Shown here: positions 39,387-48,525 of the stretch, piece by piece
Layout: each line of letters begins with the position of its first letter
How positions within the stretch are numbered: position 1 is the stretch's first letter
Sequence record: MT360681
Strand: one strand, 5' to 3'
DNA length: 53,145 nt
Source: Shigella phage 2019SD1
The notes under the pieces: model-generated
Databases searched by the model: none
What the model was told of the DNA's origin: nothing
Seen by the model: the letters and a program-made list of their open reading frames with translations, nothing else
Position numbers and translations under genes: made by a program

Positions 39387-39845
39387 TTACCGCATACTGC
39401 GCGAGGCCCTCATCATTGGATAACGGCTTGCGTTCCGGTTCGATAAATCCGTTGCCGCACCAGATAGCCGTCCTTTTGTGTAGCCATCCTTTAGCGGCAT
39501 CTTGTGGTGAAAAGATCCATCGGATTCGTCAAGGTAGTTACCAAAGTCGCGCGGATTGAAATAAAAATCAGGCTTGCGCCATAGCGTTGATAGTCGGCCT
39601 ACAGGATTCTCAGCCATCCATGGAACACCGAAATGATTCCCGACAGTTTCAACCATGATTGCATTTTTGAGAGCAACCTTAATATCATCATCGCTTCGCG
39701 CGTGCTTGATTCCTGATTGGGCAAACATGGTGCAGTCTGGAAACCCAAATACAATATCTGGTTTTGGAATATCCATATTACTGATTCTTTCAATGAAATT
39801 TTCATCAATCCACATATTCACATAATGCAGATTTTCATGCCTCAT
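39387..39845 (-). CDS. Hypothetical protein with loose resemblance to C5-cytosine methyltransferase motifs IV and VI (tentative)
   Basis: ..DIVFGFPDCTMFAQSG.. about 40 aa before ..WMAENPVGRL..; no motif I found. Confidence 0.2.
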   Translation of the reverse strand: MRHENLHYVNMWIDENFIERISNMDIPKPDIVFGFPDCTMFAQSGIKHARSDDDIKVALKNAIMVETVGNHFGVPWMAENPVGRLSTLWRKPDFYFNPRDFGNYLDESDGSFHHKMPLKDGYTKGRLSGAATDLSNRNASRYPMMRASRSMR

Positions 39846-39978
39846 CTTAATGAAATATTCGCCGTGATTGCCTTCATCAGAAAACTTCCAACCCCAAAGA
39901 ACATTACTTGCAGATAACTTTCATCGTTTATTTCTCCTTTCGTTTCGGTGAAGTGATTATGCCGTGCTTTTACACCGC

Positions 39979-40000
39979 TTTTAACAAAAGTGCTATTTTG
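39979..40000 (-). promoter_or_regulatory. Conserved promoter-like motif copy inside 102-bp displaced duplicate (39225-39326 = 39911-40012)
   Basis: Identical to copy at 39293-39314. Confidence 0.4.
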
Positions 40001-40377
40001 CGTTTGCTTCATTAAAGCAATAGCATTGATAGCCAGCCTTCGCATATTCAAGCAGCATGATTCCAGATCCATCAAACATTGAGTAAGCAACTTAACAATC
40101 ATCGTTGATCTGCAAATGCAGCGCCGCGTAAAGTAATCGTGCCAATTCATTTCATCACCTTAAAACGGAAAGCATCGCGGGCAGTTAGGATCGAAGTTGC
40201 ATCCGCAATCATTAACAATCATCGTTGATCTGCAAATGCAGCGCCGCATTCATTATCCATATCCATTTCACCAAGCGCATCATCAAGCGTCCTGATTTTA
40301 TATGCTACTTCAAGCGCGGCCTCTTTATTCAGCCCAGCATCTTCCGCTTTTGCAGTCGCTCAAAAATCCATCCCGCT

Positions 40378-40487
40378 CATTTCATAAACTCCTTGATAAC
40401 AATCATAATAATAGCAAGACCAGCAGTGACAACTAAAAGACCAGCAAGGCCAATCATCACGCCAAATAAAATATCAAGAAATTTCAT
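40378..40487 (-). CDS. Small hydrophobic membrane protein (36 aa)
   Basis: Minus-strand ATG after AGGTGA-like RBS; translation MKFLDILFGVMIGLAGLLVVTAGLAIIMIVIKEFMK. Confidence 0.3.
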
Positions 40488-40536
40488 CATTATTATCACC
40501 TTTATTTAAAGGGAGGCTAAACCTCCCGTTTATTAA

Positions 40537-40763
40537 TTAGATAGCCTTCCAGCTTTCAATAAACATGCTGTTTTCTTCCAGCAGTTTAATCAATTCTTCG
40601 CGTGTATATTTGCGGATTTTACTACCGGATGTGAGCCAACAACAAATACACCTTTACCGCTCGTGATTGTTAACTGATTGATTCCGCAAGATTTATCCAT
40701 CTTAATGGCGACGCGGTGATGTGCATCAACAGTGTGCATGATGTTAGTTACTTTAGCTTTCAT
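40537..40763 (-). CDS. Hypothetical protein (frame disruption near 3' end)
   Basis: Minus-strand ATG preceded by promoter motif variant at 40818-40837 and TATAGT hexamer. Confidence 0.3.
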
Positions 40764-40817
40764 TATGCAATCCTCATTATATTTGGTGTGTTAACTATAC
40801 CGTGTTTTAGAAATATT

Positions 40818-40837
40818 GTTTAGCAATTCGTGCTATC
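40818..40837 (-). promoter_or_regulatory. Conserved promoter-like motif copy (CGAATTG variant)
   Basis: Minus-strand reading GATAGCACGAATTGCTAAAC followed by TATAGT. Confidence 0.45.
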
Positions 40838-40937
40838 AGTTGAAATAGCCGTGGCGCTTTGCTCGCTTGCCGTCTCCGCCATAATGATCATTTGCAACGG
40901 CTACCATCCGTGCATTATGGAATATTATTAGCTTCAT

Positions 40938-41219
40938 CTAATTAATGCCAACAACGTTAAAACTTACAACTTTTGTTCCGCTAAACACATACGCTTCAAC
41001 AGATCCACCAAATAAACTGATTTTTCCCTTGCCGTACTGCGCATTCATATTGCGCCAAACCGTAATGTTAGAACATGACGCGTTACCATTCTTGATAAGA
41101 TTATCAATCTTTTTCCTTAGATCATGATAATCAAGCCAGAATCTATAAGCGCGTTGTTTAATTCGCGCCGCCTTGATTGTTTCGGCTGAGTTTTTAAAAT
41201 CGCTGTTTTTGTAGGCCAT
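40938..41219 (-). CDS. Hypothetical protein (93 aa)
   Basis: Minus-strand ORF. Confidence 0.4.
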   Translation of the reverse strand: MAYKNSDFKNSAETIKAARIKQRAYRFWLDYHDLRKKIDNLIKNGNASCSNITVWRNMNAQYGKGKISLFGGSVEAYVFSGTKVVSFNVVGIN

Positions 41220-41412
41220 TACACAACCTCCATAATAGTATTGAATCCACGCAGTTTGAAAGCATTGCCATGTTTAACAACGTTCCATGTCAGGCCGGAG
41301 TGATACGCAACCATATCATCAAGATCAATGGTGATGATAGCTCCTTTCTTAAAGATTCCTTTCTCGTGAGTGGTGTCACGATGTACAACTTTAACATCAA
41401 CTTGATTTTCCA
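41219..41412 (-). CDS. Hypothetical protein (64 aa)
   Basis: AGGATTTAAAG plus ATG (minus) downstream of promoter motif 41468-41489 and stem-loop with TATATT. Confidence 0.4.
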
Positions 41413-41551
41413 TCTTTAAATCCTCGTTCGTTGTCGATGCGCTTAATATACCAATCAGAGGCGCATCGGTTTTAACAAAAGTGCTATTAGTCCAGAATTC
41501 GATTTCGCGCTCGCCAGTTAACGGATCTTTAATCCAGAATCCGAGCGGCAT
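41413..41551 (-). CDS. Small hypothetical ORF reading through the promoter motif (stop not resolved)
   Basis: Strong GAAGGAGAAATAAAG RBS plus ATG at 41551 (minus). Confidence 0.2.
41468..41489 (-). promoter_or_regulatory. Conserved promoter-like motif copy
   Basis: Minus-strand reading TAATAGCACTTTTGTTAAAACC then 7-bp stem GATGCGC..GCGCATC enclosing TATATT. Confidence 0.55.
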
Positions 41552-41564
41552 CTTTATTTCTCCT

Positions 41565-41808
41565 TCATTGCTGATCGCGTTTAACTGCCCACAGAACATC
41601 GCAGGACTCGTTAATGAATTTTGCCATGCGTTTATCATCACCAGCAGGAATTAGCGCGTTAAACTCGCGTTTGCTACTGAACACAGTCACTTTATGGAAT
41701 GATGCGAACGGCATCGACGGGAACTCTACTGTTTGCGTCAAGATCCGCAATCCCATCTTTTGGCCCCACCGGCCTCTGCAACTTCAAAATCCACTTCATT
41801 AATCATTT
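41565..41808 (-). CDS. Hypothetical protein (frame disruption near start)
   Basis: Minus-strand ORF 41565-41756 with in-context ATG at about 41808 in a neighbouring frame. Confidence 0.25.
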
Positions 41809-42075
41809 CTTGATCTCCTCAGCAATAAACTTCAGTACTTTGCGCAAAAACACTTCGTTATTGATGGTCGCTGGCAATTCCTCTTTCACTTCTTGCGGCA
41901 GGTAAACGTTGTTATGCCGTGTTAAGCAATCGTAGTTGATACGATAAGAGCAAAGCCACTCGCAATCGTTATCCGCTTCCCAAATGCAGAGTTGCAGAAC
42001 ATCACCGAAATCCTCAACAGTCAGATCCAGACCGTGACGTTTTGCAAAGTTGAAAGTGGTTTTGCTGATGTTCAT
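41803..42075 (-). CDS. Hypothetical protein (90 aa), first gene of minus-strand early block
   Basis: AGGAGATAGCA plus ATG (minus) downstream of promoter motif 42137-42157. Confidence 0.45.
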   Translation of the reverse strand: MNISKTTFNFAKRHGLDLTVEDFGDVLQLCIWEADNDCEWLCSYRINYDCLTRHNNVYLPQEVKEELPATINNEVFLRKVLKFIAEEIKK

Positions 42076-42136
42076 TGCTATCTCCTGATGGGTATCTCGT
42101 TTCGATGTGTCTAATGTACCCGATCAGGGCAATTCA

Positions 42137-42157
42137 GTTTTAACAAAAGTGCTATTT
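42137..42157 (-). promoter_or_regulatory. Conserved promoter-like motif copy
   Basis: Minus-strand reading AAATAGCACTTTTGTTAAAAC then imperfect stem enclosing TACATT, RBS AGGAGA, ATG. Confidence 0.55.
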
Positions 42158-42229
42158 GCTGACTGGTCATTATTCCAACTATTCCATTAATCAGGAATAA
42201 CAGGAATAAATCATTCGCGATCACCGGAT

Positions 42230-42740
42230 TGTGAGAACTTGAGTTTGATCAATTTTAATCAAGTGATTAACTTTTTGTGTGGAGGGATAGAGAAATGCGG
42301 TCCTCTTGCGCCCTTTCCGGCAATCCCGGCGCGCACATCTGTTATCTTCTGTTATCGCTGTTATGCGTGTTATTCCGGCGTGGAATCGCATAACAAAAAT
42401 AACAAGATAAATCCATATAACATACTAAAAATAAGGATTATTTATTTATATGTATCTATAAATTACTATCTGTTATGTGTGTTGTGTGGTCATATTGATG
42501 TCTGATGTATTCTTGGTGATTGTGTGTGGTTGTGTGTTGGCAGGTATGTATATATGGGGTGGGGGCGAATCCGCGCATTTTTAGATAACACGCCAAAATA
42601 ACATTGATTTATAAGGAGAAAAACGAGAATCTTGTTGTGTTCTGAAAAGGCAACATTGAAAAACTGCCAATAACAATAAAAACATTTGACGCGCCAGAAT
42701 GGTAAATGATAATGCAGCCACTGAATCACGAGAGGGTATA
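42230..42740. promoter_or_regulatory. Divergent intergenic control region between minus-strand and plus-strand early gene blocks; AT-rich with GTGT-rich repeats
   Basis: No ORFs; repeats similar in style to 19930-20130 (TTATGTGTG, GTGGTTGTGTGTTGG). Confidence 0.4.
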
Positions 42741-42744
42741 AAGC

Positions 42745-43085
42745 ATGAGTGAATCTGTATTTACAAATGAGCTTCGCAAGGTTGCGACTGCGCTCGCATC
42801 TGGAACACATGAATCTATTCAGATACCTGAAAGATGGGTAAGGCAGCACCGGAGGGTAAGAAGTCAGCCAGCAATGCCGGATCATATCTGCGTCAGATTA
42901 TGGGGCGCGTTCCAGAAGTGGCGGAGAAGGGTAGAGTTTCAGTATCAAAGAAACCTTACGGCCCTGATAGCGAATATTTCGGCGAAAATTACTTTGATGT
43001 GGCGATTGTTAGTGCGCCTAATCGCAGGGTGTACAACAAGGCGGCGCTTGAGAAGGCTGTAGCGAAAGCAAAACGCCGTTGCTGA
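42745..43085 (+). CDS. Hypothetical early protein (frame change near 42835)
   Basis: GAGAGGGTATAAAGC plus ATG; two overlapping ORFs that join into one with a 1-bp correction. Confidence 0.35.
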
Positions 43086-43223
43086 GTCAATGCTTAAAGT
43101 TTCACCAAGCCCGGCGAACTACTCGCCAGATGAATATGAAACACTTGCTAAGGCGATTGCAGACTTTCACGCGATCATTAAAGAAACATATCTTAACGAT
43201 GAGGAGAATTTGACTCTGACCGG

Positions 43224-43244
43224 AAATAGCACTTTTGTTAAAAC
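43224..43244 (+). promoter_or_regulatory. Conserved promoter-like motif copy
   Basis: AAATAGCACTTTTGTTAAAAC followed by CATAAT and hairpin, then RBS and ATG at 43323. Confidence 0.55.
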
Positions 43245-43322
43245 TCAAAAACGATAACCAAGCATAATAAATCACATAGGGCGGCACGGCGTCGCCCACA
43301 AAACCAATCAGGAGAAATCACC

Positions 43323-43607
43323 ATGTTAAAACTTGCTGACATCAAATTCCCAATCACCTTCGAATCTCGCGGAGTTGGTCATTTCATTTTACCGATGAGA
43401 AAACATGCCATAAGGTTTGGTCGCATAGCGACAAGTCAGAGCCATCAACTATGGAAATTGATCACTTCATTGATAAGCATAATCAGCACTACATCTCATA
43501 TAAAGACTACGGCTACGCAATGCCGCTACACCTGTTTGCACTATAAGCCATACAAAGGCCGTGTTACCAGTGCGCTCACCGGAACGCGCAGAGATTCCGA
43601 TTGTTGA
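43323..43607 (+). CDS. Hypothetical early protein, paralogous N-terminus to next gene
   Basis: AGGAGAAATCACC plus ATG; ..IKFPITFESRGVGHF.. vs ..IKYPITFHTVGNS.. in next gene. Confidence 0.3.
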   Translation: MLKLADIKFPITFESRGVGHFILPMRKHAIRFGRIATSQSHQLWKLITSLISIISTTSHIKTTATQCRYTCLHYKPYKGRVTSALTGTRRDSDC

Positions 43608-43631
43608 GATGAAAACCTGCGACTATAAAAA

Positions 43632-44774
43632 TTGTGGTGCTTAAGCGTGGATAACATCAAGTATCCGATCACGTTCCACACGGTTGGTAACTCAACTATT
43701 CGATTCACATCTCGCGACAATGGCGTTTATAGCGACGGTCAGAAATCAGAGTTGAAAGTTGATTTCTTTGTCAATGGTCACAACAAATTCAATCCGCACA
43801 ACGAAAAAGATAAGGTGTACTACGTGGAAGATATTACAAAACACTTGTTTGGCGAAACTCCATTCGGCGGCGGGAAGACGTCAATTCAACAAATCATTGA
43901 CGATCAGATCCGCAAGGCAGCCGTTGAAATGAAAGCGCCCGGAGGCTGGCGTATTGATAAGGGCGCCTTTACCATTCAAGAAATCGTAACGCAGGGCGCG
44001 ATTGAAGACATGCCGCTTGGCGCTTCAATCATCGGCATCAAAGACGACAACGGCGACTGGCAGGATGTTTCATTCCTGTTAAGCAGATCGAAGTACACGA
44101 CGACCTGTTTTGCCTCCCGGCGCATCATGGCAGCTACAAGGGCAAAGCCTTTGCCGCAGAGCTTGACATCAAGCGCGGAACGATTGTTAAGTGGAAGGCA
44201 AAAGTGTAAAGATAACATCAAGTATCCGATCACGTTCCACACGGTTGGTAACTCAACTATTCGATTCACATCTCGCGACAATGGCGTTTATAGCGACGGT
44301 CAGAAATCAGAGTTGAAAGTTGATTTCTTTGTCAATGGTCACAACAAATTCAATCCGCACAACGAAAAAGATAAGGTGTACTACGTGGAAGATATTACAA
44401 AACACTTGTTTGGCGAAACTCCATTCGGCGGCGGGAAGACGTCAATTCAACAAATCATTGACGATCAGATCCGCAAGGCAGCCGTTGAAATGAAAGCGCC
44501 CGGAGGCTGGCGTATTGATAAGGGCGCCTTTACCATTCAAGAAATCGTAACGCAGGGCGCGATTGAAGACATGCCGCTTGGCGCTTCAATCATCGGCATC
44601 AAAGACGACAACGGCGACTGGCAGGATGTTTCATTCCTGTTAAGCAGATCGAAGTACACGACGACCTGTTTTGCCTCCCGGCGCATCATGGCAGCTACAA
44701 GGGCAAAGCCTTTGCCGCAGAGCTTGACATCAAGCGCGGAACGATTGTTAAGTGGAAGGCAAAAGTGTAAATAG
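43632..44774 (+). CDS. Hypothetical early protein; exact tandem ~561-bp duplication (43650-44210, 44211-44771); C-terminus frame-disrupted
   Basis: 380-aa ORF consisting of two identical 187-aa units. Confidence 0.35.
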   Translation: MWCLSVDNIKYPITFHTVGNSTIRFTSRDNGVYSDGQKSELKVDFFVNGHNKFNPHNEKDKVYYVEDITKHLFGETPFGGGKTSIQQIIDDQIRKAAVEMKAPGGWRIDKGAFTIQEIVTQGAIEDMPLGASIIGIKDDNGDWQDVSFLLSRSKYTTTCFASRRIMAATRAKPLPQSLTSSAERLLSGRQKCKDNIKYPITFHTVGNSTIRFTSRDNGVYSDGQKSELKVDFFVNGHNKFNPHNEKDKVYYVEDITKHLFGETPFGGGKTSIQQIIDDQIRKAAVEMKAPGGWRIDKGAFTIQEIVTQGAIEDMPLGASIIGIKDDNGDWQDVSFLLSRSKYTTTCFASRRIMAATRAKPLPQSLTSSAERLLSGRQKCK

Positions 44775-44790
44775 CACGAATTGTTAAAAC
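44769..44790 (+). promoter_or_regulatory. Conserved promoter-like motif copy (CGAATTG variant)
   Basis: AAATAGCACGAATTGTTAAAAC followed by GGCC-GTATAAT-GGCC. Confidence 0.55.
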
Positions 44791-44841
44791 TCAAATGTGG
44801 GGCCGTATAATGGCCTCACTTTCAACGAAGGGGATAAAACG

Positions 44842-45062
44842 ATGTACATTAACAAGAATATGAAATGCGTTTCCGTTAACTATGGTTGTGCTGGAATGTT
44901 CAAGCCCGGCGAAATCTATACGGCGCAGAAACTGAAATCATCAACCTGATCCTTTTACGTAAGCAACAGTAAGGGACATCGCATGTTCCTGAACGGCGGA
45001 GAAGGCACTAAGGTTATGGCGCACGCCATGGTGATTGCTGAATTTGAGGAAGTGAAGAAATG
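44842..45062 (+). CDS. Small hypothetical protein (frame disruption)
   Basis: AAGGGGATAAAACG plus ATG downstream of promoter motif 44769-44790. Confidence 0.3.
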
Positions 45063-45063
45063 A

Positions 45064-45609
45064 TTGTCTACGTTAAAATACGAATTTGAACTTTGGGGCA
45101 GCAAATACCATTTTTCCACGAGCAAGCCGATTGTTATCGTTGATCTGGACGGCACTTTATCCGATGGAGCGCATCGCTTGCACCTGCTTCCGACAGAAGA
45201 TTTGCACCTTACAGAAAGCTGGTCTGAGTTCAACAAAGCGGCTGTTGGAGATTCGCCGATCAAGAGTACGGTTGCAGTGGTTAACGGTTTGTGGATGTCA
45301 GGATTTGCCATTGTTATCCTGACCGGACGCAGCGACGAAGTTATGGCGGATACCTGCAAGTGGCTTAGTGAAAGCGGCGTCAAGTACGATGCGTTAATCA
45401 TGCGCCGCAAGAAAGACAACCGCAAAGATACGATCATCAAAGAAGAAGTATTGCGCGCTATCGGACTGGAAAACATTGTGTGCGCTTTTGATGATTCGCC
45501 GAACGTGGTTAAGCACTTCCGCAGCCCGGGAATCACAACCTATCAGGTGACGGAATACGACAAGCCACATAGTCACATCCAATCGCACGGCGTGGAGGAA
45601 TTAAAATGA
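45064..45609 (+). CDS. HAD-superfamily phosphatase-like protein (possible nucleotide or polynucleotide 3'-phosphatase)
   Basis: ..IVIVDLDGTLSDG.. DxDGT motif I of HAD hydrolases. Confidence 0.4.
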   Translation: MSTLKYEFELWGSKYHFSTSKPIVIVDLDGTLSDGAHRLHLLPTEDLHLTESWSEFNKAAVGDSPIKSTVAVVNGLWMSGFAIVILTGRSDEVMADTCKWLSESGVKYDALIMRRKKDNRKDTIIKEEVLRAIGLENIVCAFDDSPNVVKHFRSPGITTYQVTEYDKPHSHIQSHGVEELK

Positions 45610-45767
45610 CACGGATTCTATTTGTGATTATCACAAGCTACAATTCAGCCGCCATTGAGTCTCGCGAGTTCCACGGTGAATCAAGATGTCAGGCCGCGAG
45701 AGAGCAAGTGATTTTGCATATGTCAGATAACGATAAAGAAGTTGAAGCATTCTGCGTTCGTAAATAG
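45606..45767 (+). CDS. Small hypothetical protein
   Basis: ATG overlapping previous stop; stop codon embedded in promoter motif 45763-45782. Confidence 0.3.
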   Translation: MTRILFVIITSYNSAAIESREFHGESRCQAAREQVILHMSDNDKEVEAFCVRK

Positions 45768-45782
45768 CACTTTTGCAAAACA
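45763..45782 (+). promoter_or_regulatory. Conserved promoter-like motif copy
   Basis: AAATAGCACTTTTGCAAAAC followed by GGGCTT-GCGGTATAGT-AAGCCC. Confidence 0.55.
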
Positions 45783-45836
45783 GATTATCGGGCTTGCGGT
45801 ATAGTAAGCCCATCGACAACAAACGAGGATTGAATC

Positions 45837-46133
45837 GTGGTTAATAAAGTTGAGTTTTTCAAAGCGGTAGAAAAGATTGACGGCGCGCCAAGTTTCTTTG
45901 CTATCCATTCCATTGACGGCGAAGACGTTGCATACAACGTGATTAGTCGAGACGGTATATCAAAACTTAGCGACCGGTGGGTTATATTGTGGCGAACGGT
46001 AAATGTGCATGGCGGTTATATTGTGGCGAACGGTAAATGTGCATGGCTAGATTCGCAACTAGAGCCGCGCCGCCGCGACATGCAAAATCCAGTTCTGCTT
46101 TACACGCTGGTAATTGAAGGAGTCAACAAATGA
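45837..46133 (+). CDS. Hypothetical protein; 41-bp tandem repeat at about 45968-46049
   Basis: GTG start after ACGAGGA RBS. Confidence 0.35.
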   Translation: MVNKVEFFKAVEKIDGAPSFFAIHSIDGEDVAYNVISRDGISKLSDRWVILWRTVNVHGGYIVANGKCAWLDSQLEPRRRDMQNPVLLYTLVIEGVNK

Positions 46134-46315
46134 TTTGGTTACTTGTATTTTTATTGGTTTTCTTTTATATTTCAGGATTATTCATATTCCGCGCATTGGT
46201 TAAAGTGTGTGATTGCACTGATAAAGATCAGCCTCTTGTTCTGATGTTCTGGTTTGTGTGGTTTTGGGTGGCGCTTTACCAGATTGTGCGGGATGAAAGC
46301 GGCTTTAAGTGGTGA
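46130..46315 (+). CDS. Small membrane protein
   Basis: Hydrophobic N-terminal half MIWLLVFLLVFFYISGLFIF. Confidence 0.35.
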   Translation: MIWLLVFLLVFFYISGLFIFRALVKVCDCTDKDQPLVLMFWFVWFWVALYQIVRDESGFKW

Positions 46316-46397
46316 TTCTTACTATAGCGCATTCATGCAGTGAAGAAGAAGCGCTACAGCTACGACGAGCACCGCGAGAGCGTCGTTTAAACAGCCT

Positions 46398-46946
46398 ATG
46401 TTTGATATTGCATTCTCAATGCTTGGCGTTTACCGATATGACGAGTTCATTGATCTGTATTTTGATATTGCATTCTCAATGCTTGGCGTTTACCGATATG
46501 ACGAGTTCATTGATCTGTATAACGACCGCGAGCAGAAAGAAAAGCCTCAAGCAATCTTGCAAGGAAAGTCGCCGCGCCAGTTCATGATCTGGATTAGCGA
46601 AGAAGTCATGAAGCCAGCTTTTGGCGAGCAGTATTTCGGAAATCGCATGGTTGAGCAAGTGCACGAGATGTACAGAGATTTGGCTGTTGTAATTAGTGAT
46701 GGCGGATTCACTGAAGAAATCAAGCCGCTCATTAAGGCAGGCCATGAAGTTCACATTTGCAGACTGCATCGCGAAGGTTTTACGTTTGATGGCGATTCGC
46801 GAAACTATATTGACCTGAGCGGATACCATCACCGAGTAAAACATTACGACTTCACAATGATTGATGGCGATCCAGAAAAACTGTTGACGAGATCATCAAA
46901 ACTATCCAGTGGAAACACATTAAGATCAAATAGCACGAATTGCTAA
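46398..46946 (+). CDS. Hypothetical protein; 63-bp tandem duplication at N-terminus (46398-46460, 46461-46523)
   Basis: ORF; stop embedded in promoter motif 46928-46949. Confidence 0.3.
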   Translation: MFDIAFSMLGVYRYDEFIDLYFDIAFSMLGVYRYDEFIDLYNDREQKEKPQAILQGKSPRQFMIWISEEVMKPAFGEQYFGNRMVEQVHEMYRDLAVVISDGGFTEEIKPLIKAGHEVHICRLHREGFTFDGDSRNYIDLSGYHHRVKHYDFTMIDGDPEKLLTRSSKLSSGNTLRSNSTNC

Positions 46947-46949
46947 AAC
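46928..46949 (+). promoter_or_regulatory. Conserved promoter-like motif copy (CGAATTG variant)
   Basis: AAATAGCACGAATTGCTAAAAC followed by GGTT-GCGGTATAGT-AACC. Confidence 0.55.
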
Positions 46950-47005
46950 AGATTAAAGGGGTTGCGGTATAGTAACCACACACCAAGCAACGAAAGGAAA
47001 TGACA

Positions 47006-47299
47006 ATGCGAGTTTTAATTGTTTACGAAACAAATCCAGACGGCGTCAATTTCTATGATATCGAAATGACAAGCGAACAATATGAGATCGTGAAAACCGC
47101 GCAAGGTAAGTTTATTAATTGCCACGAGGACACGCCGGGGACTGAATACCTCAACATTGCGCTATGTTCAAATCTTGAATATCTGGACGAATGCGATCAG
47201 TCTCTTCCTCATGCGTGCGCATGGAAAGATAAAACAATCATTGATCTGGAAAACCCAGCCAAGTTTGATGCAATCATTTACACTGGGATTATGTGCTAA
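47006..47299 (+). CDS. Hypothetical protein
   Basis: AAAGGAAATGACA plus ATG; downstream of promoter motif. Confidence 0.45.
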   Translation: MRVLIVYETNPDGVNFYDIEMTSEQYEIVKTAQGKFINCHEDTPGTEYLNIALCSNLEYLDECDQSLPHACAWKDKTIIDLENPAKFDAIIYTGIMC

Positions 47300-47319
47300 A
47301 TAGCACGAATTGCCAAAAG
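47298..47319 (+). promoter_or_regulatory. Conserved promoter-like motif copy (CGAATTG variant)
   Basis: AAATAGCACGAATTGCCAAAAG followed by TATAAT. Confidence 0.5.
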
Positions 47320-47373
47320 CGGGGTGCAATGCCTCGCTATAATGCAAACACCAATCAACGAGAGGGCTTGAAC

Positions 47374-47778
47374 ATGTTAGAACTTCACAAAATCCGCGTA
47401 GGCACAAAATTTGTTGTAACACGGGTATGTGGTGAGATGTGCGGTATTCGTAAAGGCGAGATTGTAACGGCTTCAGATCGCTATATCGGATCGACCAAAG
47501 AGTTTAACAGACCACGCATCAAGAATGGCTATATCATAACTCGCCGTTTGGGATTTGATCATTATTGCGTAGTGGCAACTCAAGGCGTTTTGATTGAGCT
47601 TAAGCGAATCAGCGATCATCGCGGCTGCCATATTAAGACAATGAAAACACCATTTCAGCGAGCGCGATACGATGCGCGACGGATGCGCCGACTTGCTCGA
47701 AATGCGATCAAGTTCAAAAAGCACGGCAGTAATTTTTACAGAACGTACAAAGGGATTGCGCGAAATGATGGGAAATAA
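47374..47778 (+). CDS. Hypothetical basic protein
   Basis: GAGAGGG RBS plus ATG; downstream of promoter motif 47298-47319. Confidence 0.45.
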   Translation: MLELHKIRVGTKFVVTRVCGEMCGIRKGEIVTASDRYIGSTKEFNRPRIKNGYIITRRLGFDHYCVVATQGVLIELKRISDHRGCHIKTMKTPFQRARYDARRMRRLARNAIKFKKHGSNFYRTYKGIARNDGK

Positions 47779-47908
47779 CAACAACGCAACCAATCCTAAG
47801 CCGCCATTTGATTTTCATGAAATCATGATTGTGTTATTCTTGATTCTCTTAGTTTTTATTCAGTGAGGGCAGCACTATGGTTTTAATGCACTAAAACGAA
47901 TCTTCACT

Positions 47909-48265
47909 ATGGAGTTCAATAGCTACAGTGAGGCGCGTGAATACGCTAAAAATTGCACAAGTTCATACCTTACAAGCTGCGTTTGCTGGTTGTCAAAAGT
48001 GCGACGTATGGGATCACGTATGAAAAGAGTAATTATCACTTTTATTGCCCTTATCGCTGGTTCCCATTTGGCTTATGGGTATAGCGGCATTGTTGAGTCA
48101 GTCGGCGGAATGATTATCTTCTGGCTGGCGCATATTACGGCTACGGCGATGGATTTAAAATGGCAAGCGTTACATCCTGACCGGGAAGAAATAATGTTTA
48201 ACCGCGCCGCTTCGGTGGCGCTAAAAGGAGGAAACAAATGGCTAAAAGCAATCGTAAGATGTTGA
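47909..48265 (+). CDS. Hypothetical membrane protein (start uncertain, possibly 48020)
   Basis: Hydrophobic segments ..VIITFIALIAGSHLAYGYSGIVESVGGMIIFWLAHI.. Confidence 0.3.
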   Translation: MEFNSYSEAREYAKNCTSSYLTSCVCWLSKVRRMGSRMKRVIITFIALIAGSHLAYGYSGIVESVGGMIIFWLAHITATAMDLKWQALHPDREEIMFNRAASVALKGGNKWLKAIVRC

Positions 48266-48525
48266 TTAACGCATTCGAAAAGGCAGCGCTTGAGCGTGGT
48301 TGGAATGACTCATTCCACACAGCAAATTGCATCCGACGTTACGGATTCAAGAATTGCCGCTCTTGGGCGCGTCAAATGGCTTCATGGTATGATCTTGATG
48401 CGCATTACCTTGATATGGATTGCGCCCTTGTTGAAATGATTGAGCAGGCCGCACTAGAGGATCGACCATTAACGCAATCTGATTTTGACGATTTTGTGCG
48501 CGATGAAATCTATTACATGAGCTAA
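48238..48525 (+). CDS. Hypothetical protein
   Basis: AAAGGAGGAAACAA plus ATG; stop overlaps promoter motif 48523-48543. Confidence 0.45.
   Translation: MAKSNRKMLINAFEKAALERGWNDSFHTANCIRRYGFKNCRSWARQMASWYDLDAHYLDMDCALVEMIEQAALEDRPLTQSDFDDFVRDEIYYMS

Noticed and set aside
45064-45609. Polynucleotide kinase (full Pnk) call for the HAD-motif protein
   Set aside because: Only the phosphatase-type DxDGT motif is visible; no P-loop kinase domain in the same ORF, so it is left as a generic HAD phosphatase.
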